Source: an uncultured Acidimicrobiaceae bacterium (GTDB lineage: Bacteria; Actinomycetota; Acidimicrobiia; Acidimicrobiales; Salinilacustritrichaceae). Taken from it: 51,631 nucleotides of DNA. The stretch is taken from positions 1-51,631 of the forward strand of contig CAZCJT010000001.1 of NCBI GenBank assembly GCA_964498565.1, given 5' to 3'. Numbering within the stretch: position 1 is the stretch's first letter; each line of letters opens with the position of its first letter. The notes under the pieces were generated by a model. It did no database searches. It was not told the origin of the DNA and saw only the letters and a program-made list of their open reading frames with translations. Positions 19,142 to 26,890 of the stretch are shown in pieces. Position numbers and translations under genes: made by a program.

Positions 19142-19699
19142 CTACAGGTGGTCCCCGAGGGCGGCCACCGCCCGATCGAGGCCGTTGCTTCGCAGTCGAT
19201 CGAGCAGCTCGTCGAGTGATTGCGGTGGGTTGACGAGCGCATCGGCCTGGCGTTGCAGCACGGCGGCGACCGCCGCCGGCGCGAGCTCGATGACGTGCAA
19301 CACGAACTCGTCGGCACGCTGGGCCTCGATGCCGTAGGGGTCGAGAACGGTGTCCGGGAAGTCACGGAGGTTCTCGGTCACGATGACTTGCGCGTGGCAC
19401 TTGATCGCGGCAGCGAGCACGTGACGGTCGTCAGGATCCGGTAGATCGAGGCCCTCGATGAGAGGGTCGAAGTCCTCGACCATGCAGTCTGCGACCGCCC
19501 TGCACATCAGGTCTCTAGTGCGTGCGAGGCGAGCCGGATCGAGGTCGGGCTGACGGCGCAGGACGCTGTTGACCATCTCGTCGAGGATCTGGTTGCTCCA
19601 CCGGGCGCGAAACAGCCCGGTCTGTGCGAGCCGGACGAGGAGATCTCGGACGCTGGCGGGGTGGAGGACGCTGGCGTCGTAGACGACGGTGAAGGCCAA
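19142..19699 (-). CDS. PIN-domain protein (PIN_3/VapC50-like)
   Basis: VVYDASVL, WS.QILDE, LPDPDDRHVLAAA, IVTENLRDFP. Confidence 0.9.
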   Translation of the reverse strand: MAFTVVYDASVLHPASVRDLLVRLAQTGLFRARWSNQILDEMVNSVLRRQPDLDPARLARTRDLMCRAVADCMVEDFDPLIEGLDLPDPDDRHVLAAAIKCHAQVIVTENLRDFPDTVLDPYGIEAQRADEFVLHVIELAPAAVAAVLQRQADALVNPPQSLDELLDRLRSNGLDRAVAALGDHL

Positions 19700-19716
19700 G
19701 TCCCAGCGCCTTCCGC

Positions 19717-20199
19717 TCAGTACTCGATGCCGGCGTCCTGGGCTTCGCGGGTCAGCTCGTCGAGGATCTCGCGGCGTAGTGCATCGTCCCGGCGCTTGTA
19801 GTCCAGGACATCGGAGAGCAAGACCTTGCGCCGGTTCCCGACCCGCCGGTAGGGGATGGCGCGCTCCTCATCGAGCAACTTGATCAGGAAGGGGCGTGAC
19901 ACGTTGAGCAGGTCCGCGGCTTGCTGGGTGGTGAGTTCGGCGTGGATGGGGGCGACGGTGACGGCGTTGCCGTTGGCGAGCTGCGCGAGCACGTCGGTAA
20001 GGAACCGCATCACTACCGAAGGGACCGTGATCCGTGTGGGCTCTTCGCCGGGGTCATCGGCGCACAACTGGACCGTCGGCGTGGGTGTGGGGTGGGCTGC
20101 GATGAAGGCGCGGATCTGCTCGAGAGCTTCGGCGGCCTCTTCGGCGACGGACGCGTCGGGAAGCTCGACTTCGGCGATTCCTGCGGAACTCACTGTCAC
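19717..20199 (-). CDS. Excisionase-family (HTH_17) DNA-binding protein, antitoxin-like partner of the PIN
   Basis: ELTTQQAADLLNVSRPFLIKLLDE..IPY.RVGNRR; GAAGGAGG RBS. Confidence 0.9.
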   Translation of the reverse strand: MTVSSAGIAEVELPDASVAEEAAEALEQIRAFIAAHPTPTPTVQLCADDPGEEPTRITVPSVVMRFLTDVLAQLANGNAVTVAPIHAELTTQQAADLLNVSRPFLIKLLDEERAIPYRRVGNRRKVLLSDVLDYKRRDDALRREILDELTREAQDAGIEY

Positions 20200-20271
20200 A
20201 CCTCCTTCGTAGCGTTGGTCTACCAGCGACGGATCTGCCGCTCGGGGACCAGTGTCGCACGGACAGCGAGG

Positions 20272-20307
20272 ATTCGCAATATTCGAACTATCTGCTTTAC
20301 TCGAACC
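20272..20307. promoter_or_regulatory. Degenerate 9-bp-period tandem repeats in the divergent promoter between HTH-PIN and CBASS
   Basis: ATTCGCAAT / ATTCGAACT / ATCTGCTTT / ACTCGAACC. Confidence 0.5.
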
Positions 20308-20408
20308 GCGGCCCGCGCGATACTCACAGCAATGGAATTACACCGGTCGTATCTCGCCGGCACCCGGTGTCCATCGCCGTGACCTTCAACTGAGCAGCGA
20401 GTGATCTG

Positions 20409-21536
20409 ATGGCAAAACACGAACTTCCGCAGCAGTTCGGCACGACCCAGCGGCGCATCTCTCTCGGCGATCGAGCCCTCATCGCGATTGCCGCTCACCT
20501 CGAGGTGCGCTCGGTGCTGCGGGCTGATCCTCACCTCCGCGCCCACGGCCTCAACGACATCCTCATCGGCAGCTACGCGCGACGAGTCTCGATCTGGCCC
20601 GGCAAGGACGTCGACGTCTTCGGACGTCTATCTGACACCACCGACACGATCACGCCCGGTGACGCCTACGACATGTTCGGCAGCGCCCTGCGTAGGTTCG
20701 ACGACCAAGGCCGGCTCACGCCACAACCCCGGTCGTTCAAGATCGACTTCAGCCCCGAGCGTCTGCCCGGTGAGCAACACATCCGTGCGGCCGCCGCCGA
20801 ATACCGCTGGGCCTCCGTACGGGTCGAACGCGTCCTGAGTCAGCGTCAAGAGCTTGGCTTCGAGTTCTCCGTCGATGTGGTGCCTGCGGTCGGTTGGGAC
20901 GGCCACTACGGCATTCCCGAGATCGGTCGGCACGCAGCAACGGGGGAGCGGTACCGCACGGGGCAGTGGCGCCTGACAGATCCCGTTGAACTCACGGAAC
21001 GAACGCAGCGTCGAAACCGCGCACCGTTGATCGGTGGCATCGGCGCCTACGTGAGGACCGTGAAGGCCATCAAGCAAGTGAAGGCGCACCATCTTCCCGA
21101 CACGAAGCCGTCCTCGCTCTTCTACGAGTTCATTCTCTACGAGGGCTTCAAGAACGGCTCGATCGACGGAGACTCGTGGGCTGACATCACCGCGTCCGCG
21201 CTCAGCCATATCGCTAGCCGCATGCGGGCCCTGGACAGCCAGCCGGTATGTGATCCGGTCCTCGGGCACCGGTACGAGCCGATGCCCTCATCCTCCGAGC
21301 TCTCCGCGGCGACGCAGGTCTTGGAGGCAGTTGCAAGCACCGCGAGCCGTGCGGTGCGCGAGTCGAGCCTGTGCCAAGCGGCTATCTACTGGAGGCAGGT
21401 GTTCGGCGGCAACCAATGCTTCGATGACGTGTTCCCACTCCCAGATGGATGCCGGGGGACCGGAGCAGCGATGGGTGCGGCGGCCGTGAACACCGCCATC
21501 GGAGGAACCGCCGAGAGGTCCTTCGGTGCAACATGA
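20409..21536 (+). CDS. CBASS CD-NTase (cGAS/DncV-like SMODS nucleotidyltransferase)
   Basis: LIGSYARR (G54-S55), D67-V-D69, SVDVVPA (D156), W..TDP, VKAIKQ, WRQVFG; C-terminus ...RSFGAT. Confidence 0.9.
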   Translation: MAKHELPQQFGTTQRRISLGDRALIAIAAHLEVRSVLRADPHLRAHGLNDILIGSYARRVSIWPGKDVDVFGRLSDTTDTITPGDAYDMFGSALRRFDDQGRLTPQPRSFKIDFSPERLPGEQHIRAAAAEYRWASVRVERVLSQRQELGFEFSVDVVPAVGWDGHYGIPEIGRHAATGERYRTGQWRLTDPVELTERTQRRNRAPLIGGIGAYVRTVKAIKQVKAHHLPDTKPSSLFYEFILYEGFKNGSIDGDSWADITASALSHIASRMRALDSQPVCDPVLGHRYEPMPSSSELSAATQVLEAVASTASRAVRESSLCQAAIYWRQVFGGNQCFDDVFPLPDGCRGTGAAMGAAAVNTAIGGTAERSFGAT

Positions 21537-23592
21537 GCCTCCTTTCGACGAGGCGGCCGACCCCGAGGCACTTCGTGGGTTCATCGAGGAGCTCGAGGCG
21601 TCCGGATTCGAGCGCGTGGACACAGCCACCTGGGAAGGACCGACACGCCAGTCGCTGATCGACCAAGGACACACCGACTCAGACCGGATGAGCATCATCA
21701 TCCGACCAGCGTGGCCGTTCTTGTCCCCACTCGTTCACGTCCCGGGAATCTCGGCTTGGCATGCCGACCAGGAGCGGCTCTGCATCTGGCACGGCGAGGA
21801 TGCAAGCCAGCGGTGGGTAACCCTTGACGGAATCCTCGAACGAATCGACGAGTGGGCCGAACAGGCCAGGCTCGGATTCGAACACGTGGAGAACGCGCGC
21901 AATCCCGAGATCTACTGGCAACAGGAGTGCGAGCGACTTGCCGGCTTGGTGGACCTCGACGCGATCGTCGGAGCTGAACCCGCAGACGGTGGCCACGCTG
22001 AGTTCCAGTTCGCTGACGCCGTCTCACCCGACGGTCGGCGGAGTCCCGTCGTTGTCTACGAGCTCCTCCGAGGAGCCTTTCGCAAGACCTCTCGACTACC
22101 AGCAGGAATCGAGGACCACCGTGCGGTGCGCGGCCGATGGATGTACCGCGCTGCGGTGCCCCACCCTCCTCGTACGGTCGAAGAACTGCGTGCGTTCCTC
22201 ACTGAGACTCAACGCGATCGCCTCGACCGCGATCTCCGGAACCGACCAGTTGTCATGTACGCGCTCGTCTGGCCGAACAATGCCGGCCTTGTCGCCACCG
22301 CAATCCTCTCGAATCTCGAAGACGACGGAGAACGCACCGACCGCCTTGTCGTCCTGCGTCCGTCCGGACGAGACGCGCTCCTCCTGAGGGCAGGACCGGA
22401 CGCCAAGCTCCTCGAGGACCGATCGGTCGTTCTGATCGGTGCCGGCGCCATCGGCTCACACATCGCCGATCAACTGGCACGTGCCGGGATCGGCCGGCTC
22501 CGACTAATCGACTACGACCTCCTCTGGCCAGCGAACCTGATCCGTCACGCTGCGCCTCCGGGAACGCCGGCGGGTACGGCCAAGACCGACGCGCTGCACC
22601 AGCTTCTGACTCAGTACCCATGGGTTGATGTCGAGCCCGTCACTGGAGTCGTATGGCAACCGAGCCATCTAGGCGACATCCTCAACTCGGCCGACGTCAC
22701 AATCGACGCCACCGGACATGCCGGCTTTGCGGAGCTACTCGGCCGAGTCGCTCACGACGCCGGCCGAGCACTCATATCGGCCGCCTTATTTCGTGGCGGA
22801 GCCATCGCACGGATTCGACGACAGGCCCTTAGCGACGACACGCCAATCTCGCTCCGGCGACATCTGGACCGCTACCCCGAGATCACCCCACTTGACGACG
22901 AGACCGAGTACGTCGGCACGGAGATCGGCTGCCTGGCGTTCGTGCACAATGCGCCCCCGGTGGCGGTTTCTCACGCGGCGACACTCGCATCGGAGGTTGC
23001 CATCGACCTTCTCGTCGGCAGGTACGAGCACGCCGATGAGCTGATTGAGATTCTTCGTCCGGGCGAACCGCCCTTCGACCGGGTCGGCCGGCTCCGAAAC
23101 GAGGACATGCCCACCGTCGTCGACCTAACGGAGACCGCGCGACAGGCCATGCTCGAGCTCAGCCAAGCCGCCCTCCCGGACGAGACGGGCGGTGTGTTGA
23201 TCGGTTGCCTGGTCGATGGACGCCCGCTCATCGCGGAGGCCATCGAAGTACCGGACCAACATGCGACCGACCGCTCATTCACGATCAGCGAAGGCCGGGT
23301 TCCCGAAGTCGTGGCCGAGGCCACCAGACACGACCATCGACTCGGCTACCTGGGCGAGTGGCACAGTCACCCGGACGGCGCCGAACCCAGCCCAGCCGAT
23401 ATCGGCACGATGCTCGTCCTTGCCGGGGCTGAGGCCAGTCAGTTCCACGCCCCGCTCTTGCTACTCGTCCACCCATCAACCACAGGTCCGGGAGACGTCC
23501 GGGCATTCTCGACCACCGACAGTCGATTCACTTCGGCCACGCTGTCGGTAGCCGGCGACCTGCCCGACGACCTACCGGCCGAGTCCCCATGA
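21526..23592 (+). CDS. E2-E1(ThiF)-JAB fusion protein (Cap2-Cap3 fusion)
   Basis: E2-like WPF..P.V...H.....LC (C86); E1 IGAGAIGS, DYD.L...NL.RH, IDATG, EIGC (C469); JAB PDETGGVLIG (E553), GEWHSHP (H613/H615), PS..D (D625); one uninterrupted ORF. Confidence 0.88.
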   Translation: MQHEPPFDEAADPEALRGFIEELEASGFERVDTATWEGPTRQSLIDQGHTDSDRMSIIIRPAWPFLSPLVHVPGISAWHADQERLCIWHGEDASQRWVTLDGILERIDEWAEQARLGFEHVENARNPEIYWQQECERLAGLVDLDAIVGAEPADGGHAEFQFADAVSPDGRRSPVVVYELLRGAFRKTSRLPAGIEDHRAVRGRWMYRAAVPHPPRTVEELRAFLTETQRDRLDRDLRNRPVVMYALVWPNNAGLVATAILSNLEDDGERTDRLVVLRPSGRDALLLRAGPDAKLLEDRSVVLIGAGAIGSHIADQLARAGIGRLRLIDYDLLWPANLIRHAAPPGTPAGTAKTDALHQLLTQYPWVDVEPVTGVVWQPSHLGDILNSADVTIDATGHAGFAELLGRVAHDAGRALISAALFRGGAIARIRRQALSDDTPISLRRHLDRYPEITPLDDETEYVGTEIGCLAFVHNAPPVAVSHAATLASEVAIDLLVGRYEHADELIEILRPGEPPFDRVGRLRNEDMPTVVDLTETARQAMLELSQAALPDETGGVLIGCLVDGRPLIAEAIEVPDQHATDRSFTISEGRVPEVVAEATRHDHRLGYLGEWHSHPDGAEPSPADIGTMLVLAGAEASQFHAPLLLLVHPSTTGPGDVRAFSTTDSRFTSATLSVAGDLPDDLPAESP

Positions 23593-24749
23593 CCGCGTTC
23601 ATCAGCTACTCGAAGAGCCGCGACGACCGCGCCGCACTCGTATACGCGCTGCGAGAACATGGCGTCACACCATGGCGTGACGTCGAAGACCTCAACGTCG
23701 GTGCCCGCACAACCGACGACATCGAGGCCGAACTTGAGCGGTGCACCAGCGCCATTCTGTGGGTGAACGCCGACATCCTCAACTCCGACTACGTCGAAAA
23801 GGTCGAACTCCCCGCTCTCTCTCGAGCCGCACGGAAGCGGGATCTCCGCATCATCCCGATCTTCGACGGGATGAGCCCGGAAGAAGCCACCGACAGAATC
23901 AGTACGTTCGGCATCGAAGTCGGCGAGAACAACGGCCACGTCGTCGGCAAGGGGGACGACGCGGAGTCCGCTGCCATCACGATTGCGGGCCGCTGCGCGC
24001 AAGCTGAGGTGCGCGCCGCTCGCGATTCTGGACGGAAGCCCAGCGTTCGGCTCGTGACCTACGACGACACAGCACCCATGCGGGACCAAGCGGTCCTCAA
24101 CCTGGACTGGCGCCACAGATTCACGGGCCCCACCTTGCAGGCGTCTGACCAGGACCGGCTTCGATCGGCCCTGTCGATATCGACCGGCGCGCTGAAGTCC
24201 GCCTACGGAGCGACCGAGATCCTGCTCGCCGTCAAGGCTCACCTACCAGCCGCTGCGGCGTTGGGACACGCATTCGCTGAACCGACCGGCTGCACACTAC
24301 GGATGGACCGATCCGACGAGCGCTACGTCATCAGCCGCGATGTCGCTAGCTCGACGGAGCTTGTGGAGAACCGCCACAGCAGAGGCCCCATCACCGCTGG
24401 CCGCGCCGCCATCGAAGTCGCAGTCACGCGGGCTACCGAAGCTGGAGTGAATGACTACATCGCCTCAGGTAACCGCTACCGCGAGCGGATCGAACTCGTG
24501 CCACCAGGAGGTTCCGGCCGATCGGCGCTCGACGAACCTGCAAACTGCAACGCATGGGCCTGTCAGATCGCAGACTTGGCCACTCGGCTCTGCGACCGAG
24601 GCGAGATCGACGCCGTCGATCTCTTCCTCGCATGCCCGGTCGAACTCGCTGTTGCCATCGGCTGGTGGGCCAACGCAACCGGGATCCTCACAGTCCTCAA
24701 CTGGACAGCCAAGGCCGGGCCCTACACGCCGATGTGGCACCTTTCATAG
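23589..24749 (+). CDS. TIR-SAVED CBASS effector (putative NADase)
   Basis: TIR: AFISYS, W.D...L..G, S.YV..VELP (E73); SAVED: KAHLPAAAALG, VDLFLACPVELAVAIG; ATGA coupling. Confidence 0.88.
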   Translation: MTAFISYSKSRDDRAALVYALREHGVTPWRDVEDLNVGARTTDDIEAELERCTSAILWVNADILNSDYVEKVELPALSRAARKRDLRIIPIFDGMSPEEATDRISTFGIEVGENNGHVVGKGDDAESAAITIAGRCAQAEVRAARDSGRKPSVRLVTYDDTAPMRDQAVLNLDWRHRFTGPTLQASDQDRLRSALSISTGALKSAYGATEILLAVKAHLPAAAALGHAFAEPTGCTLRMDRSDERYVISRDVASSTELVENRHSRGPITAGRAAIEVAVTRATEAGVNDYIASGNRYRERIELVPPGGSGRSALDEPANCNAWACQIADLATRLCDRGEIDAVDLFLACPVELAVAIGWWANATGILTVLNWTAKAGPYTPMWHLS

Positions 24750-24890
24750 CGAAGGCACCCCAGCCTCAGCTCGGACGGCCGGAGACGACGCCTGCAAGAC
24801 CTGGGGCCCCGAACCCAAGGAGCCACTGCATGGCGTGGGACGATCACCTGGCCTACGAAGTCGAATCGAAGTGCTGGGCCCGACCTGTTC

Positions 24891-24912
24891 TTCTATCGGG
24901 CCTTCTACCGGA
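24891..24912 (+). repeat. Putative integrase arm-type direct repeat pair (left of att core)
   Basis: TTCTATCGGG (24891) and TTCTACCGGA (24903), 12-bp period. Confidence 0.55.
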
Positions 24913-25028
24913 TCAGTTGCCACAGGCGGTGACGCCGGGGTACAAGAAGGTACGGCGATCTCGCGAAACCCCAGTTCAGAGGTACTGAACGGCACGGAGC
25001 GGGATGGACCGACAGGCGGTACGTCGAA

Positions 25029-25073
25029 CTCATAACCCGAAGGTCGCAGGTTCAAATCCTGCCCCCGCCACCA
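25029..25073 (+). other. att site: 3' half of initiator tRNA-Met(CAT), not a complete tRNA
   Basis: CTCATAACCCGAAGGTCGCAGGTTCAAATCCTGCCCCCGCCACCA covers anticodon loop to CCA; upstream bases cannot form the D-arm or acceptor stem. Confidence 0.9.
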
Positions 25074-25088
25074 ACGAAACCGCAGGTC

Positions 25089-25114
25089 AGAGCCGGTGCA
25101 GCAGCACCGGCTCT
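25089..25114 (+). terminator. Stem-loop after the tRNA fragment
   Basis: AGAGCCGGTGC-AGCA-GCACCGGCTCT, perfect 11-bp stem. Confidence 0.6.
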
Positions 25115-25132
25115 TCTGCTGTCGGGGTGATC

Positions 25133-25154
25133 TTCTAACGGAATTTCTAACGGA
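25133..25154 (+). repeat. Putative integrase arm-type direct repeat pair (right of att core)
   Basis: TTCTAACGGA at 25133 and 25145, 12-bp period. Confidence 0.6.
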
Positions 25155-25176
25155 TGGGCCGGAATGCGTTTGCTGG

Positions 25177-25274
25177 CCCGGTTCAGGGTGGACAGCGTGG
25201 CTCCGGTAGGTGGGTGACTCTTTCGGGACGCAATCCGGTACGTGGGCGACAGTTGGTCCGGTACGTGGCTGACA
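25177..25274 (-). repeat. Four degenerate 18-bp direct repeats, transposon-end-like
   Basis: Minus strand: TGTCAGCCACGTACCGGA, TGTCGCCCACGTACCGGA, AGTCACCCACCTACCGGA, TGTCCACCCTGAACCGGG. Confidence 0.65.
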
Positions 25275-25600
25275 CTCCCGGCGGTTGAGCTCGAGGTCTG
25301 CGGGTGTCTCCTGCCTCGTCGAGGCGCGCTCGTGGCGCGTCTGGATCTCGGCGGAGGCCGGCGTGTTGGTGGAGTTGGGTGTCGTAGAGCAGCGCATGCC
25401 GCGGTGCGGGAGGTCCTGGACGAAGGGCGACGGTGCGAAGGGTCAGCGGAGACGACAGGCGGGGCGACCGAATCGCTACTGCCGCCCCCCGCTGGTGCCA
25501 GAAGCGCCGATCTCCAGCGCAGCGAGGCCCGCGCGATCGGGTGATCGGTTGCGGCGATATCTGGTGCCGGCAGAGTGTGGTCGGTCCATAGCGTCGGTCC

Positions 25601-25835
25601 GTGCTCACCCGGCCGGCCACGATCTCTGACCGGACAGTCCTGGAGTTCGTCACCGATCTATGGACGGCCGAAGCCGACAGAGCGGAGTACTCACCGGTTG
25701 GGTTCGGCTCGCATCATTGGCTGCTCGGAACCGCGCAGGGCTGGAAGCGCTTCGTCACCGTCGACGACCTGGTCGCCAAGAGACGAAGTCTGCGAGAGCC
25801 CTTGGAAGGCAGCTTTGTCCGCCTCCAGGCCGCAT
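25601..25835 (+). pseudogene. Truncated N-terminus of an APH-family phosphotransferase
   Basis: MLTRP...EYSPVGFGSHHW...RFVTVDDL...F.RL.AA, then runs into the 3' end of acr3; no catalytic motifs. Confidence 0.65.
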
Positions 25836-25853
25836 CGCGCTCGATCTGGAACG

Positions 25854-26828
25854 TCATGTCCGCTCCGCGGACGTCGGTGGCATGCCCCGCCGAAGGAGTC
25901 CGTTGGCGGTGAGGGCGAGGACTGGGAGTTCGACGAGTGGCCCGACGACGAGGGCGACGGCGACGAGGGGGCGGTCTGGGAAGGCGGCGGTGGCGATGGC
26001 GAGCGCGACGGGGGAGTTGCGGGCGAGGGTGGTCATGGTGAGGGTGACGTGCTCGGCGTGTCGGAGCTGGAGGGCGCGGGCGGTGCCTGCGGCGATCGCG
26101 TAGTTGAGGGCGAAGAAGACGGCGAGGGGGGCGAGGAGGCGGACGAAGGCGTCGGGGTTGTCGGTGACGACGCGGGCGTGGGTGGCGAAGATCGCGGCGA
26201 TGGCGATGGCGGGCAGTGCGAGGCCGACCGGTTGTGCCCGTTCGAGGGTTCGGTCGAGGCGGTCGTGGGCGTTGGTCCGTGCGGCGACGAGCCGGGCGAG
26301 TGCGGCGAGGGCGAGGGGGATGCCGAGGACGAGGGCGACGCTGCCGGCGAGGTCGCCGAGGGGGATGTCGCCGGCAGCGCCGGTGAGGGCGGTGACGAAG
26401 AGGGGGAGCAGCAGGAGCTGGAGGATGAGGTTGGGTGGGAGCAGGGAGGCGGCGAGGGCGACGTTGCCGCGGGCGGTGCCGGTGAAGACGAGGTACCAGT
26501 CGGTGCACGGGGTGACGAGGAGCATCACGAGCCCCAGACGTAGGTCGGGTTGGCCGGACAGGAGCAGCCAGCCGAGCGCTCCGGCGAGGAGCGGGGTCCA
26601 CAGGAAGTTGATGCCGAGGCTGGCGGCCGCAACGGTGGGGTGGGGGCGGATGCCGGTGGTCACGGCGCGCCCGTTGATACCAGCGAAGGTGATGGCGAGC
26701 AGGCCAATGAGAGCGGGGACGACGAGGGTCTCGGGTGCGTCGCCGAGGTCGAGGAGCAGGCCGATGGCGGTGCCGATCGCGACGGAGGCGAGGACGATGG
26801 GCACCTGCCAGCGGGTCACAGCCGTCAC
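25854..26828 (-). CDS. acr3: Acr3/SBF-family arsenite efflux protein
   Basis: Multi-TM; INFLWTP, PCTDWYLVF, ARNSPVALAIA, GPLVELP. Confidence 0.85.
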   Translation of the reverse strand: MTAVTRWQVPIVLASVAIGTAIGLLLDLGDAPETLVVPALIGLLAITFAGINGRAVTTGIRPHPTVAAASLGINFLWTPLLAGALGWLLLSGQPDLRLGLVMLLVTPCTDWYLVFTGTARGNVALAASLLPPNLILQLLLLPLFVTALTGAAGDIPLGDLAGSVALVLGIPLALAALARLVAARTNAHDRLDRTLERAQPVGLALPAIAIAAIFATHARVVTDNPDAFVRLLAPLAVFFALNYAIAAGTARALQLRHAEHVTLTMTTLARNSPVALAIATAAFPDRPLVAVALVVGPLVELPVLALTANGLLRRGMPPTSAERT

Positions 26829-26852
26829 CCTGGCAGGTCGAGAAGATCGCAC

Positions 26853-26884
26853 TTGACCTTCGAGTCGGGTCGAGGGTTTACGGT
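26853..26884 (+). promoter_or_regulatory. MerR-type promoter/operator
   Basis: -35 TTGACC (26853), elongated 20-bp spacer containing dyad ACCTTCGA-N6-TCGAGGGT, -10 TACGGT (26879); ATG follows 6 nt later (leaderless). Confidence 0.8.
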
Positions 26885-26890
26885 TCGGTC

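Larger units (their letters stand above)
1..25073. mobile_element. Right part of an actinobacterial T4SS-type integrative conjugative element integrated at tRNA-Met (left end, integrase and relaxase not in window)
   Basis: Co-oriented SCO6880-like, VirB4-like, primase, VirD4, SSB and DarB-like genes; TA and defence cargo; ends at a tRNA-Met 3' fragment (25029-25073). Confidence 0.85.

Noticed and set aside
19717-20199. True ICE excisionase
   Set aside because: The architecture and pairing with a PIN_3 gene match the common HTH-PIN TA-like module, and no integrase is adjacent
23101-23109. Independent start for the JAB domain (GAGGAC-ATG, M528)
   Set aside because: The RBS-like motif is too close to the ATG and there is no upstream stop; it may be a relic of the ancestral fusion point but is not supported as a separate gene
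24830-24988. 52-aa ORF with AAGGAG RBS as a fourth CBASS gene
   Set aside because: Atypical codon usage, no motifs, and it overlaps the putative arm-site region; cannot be supported
24995-25073. Complete tRNA-Met gene
   Set aside because: Only anticodon loop to CCA is present; the upstream sequence cannot pair to form the acceptor, D or anticodon stems
25177-25274. CRISPR array
   Set aside because: Repeats are degenerate 18-mers with 5-14 bp gaps; no cas genes in the window
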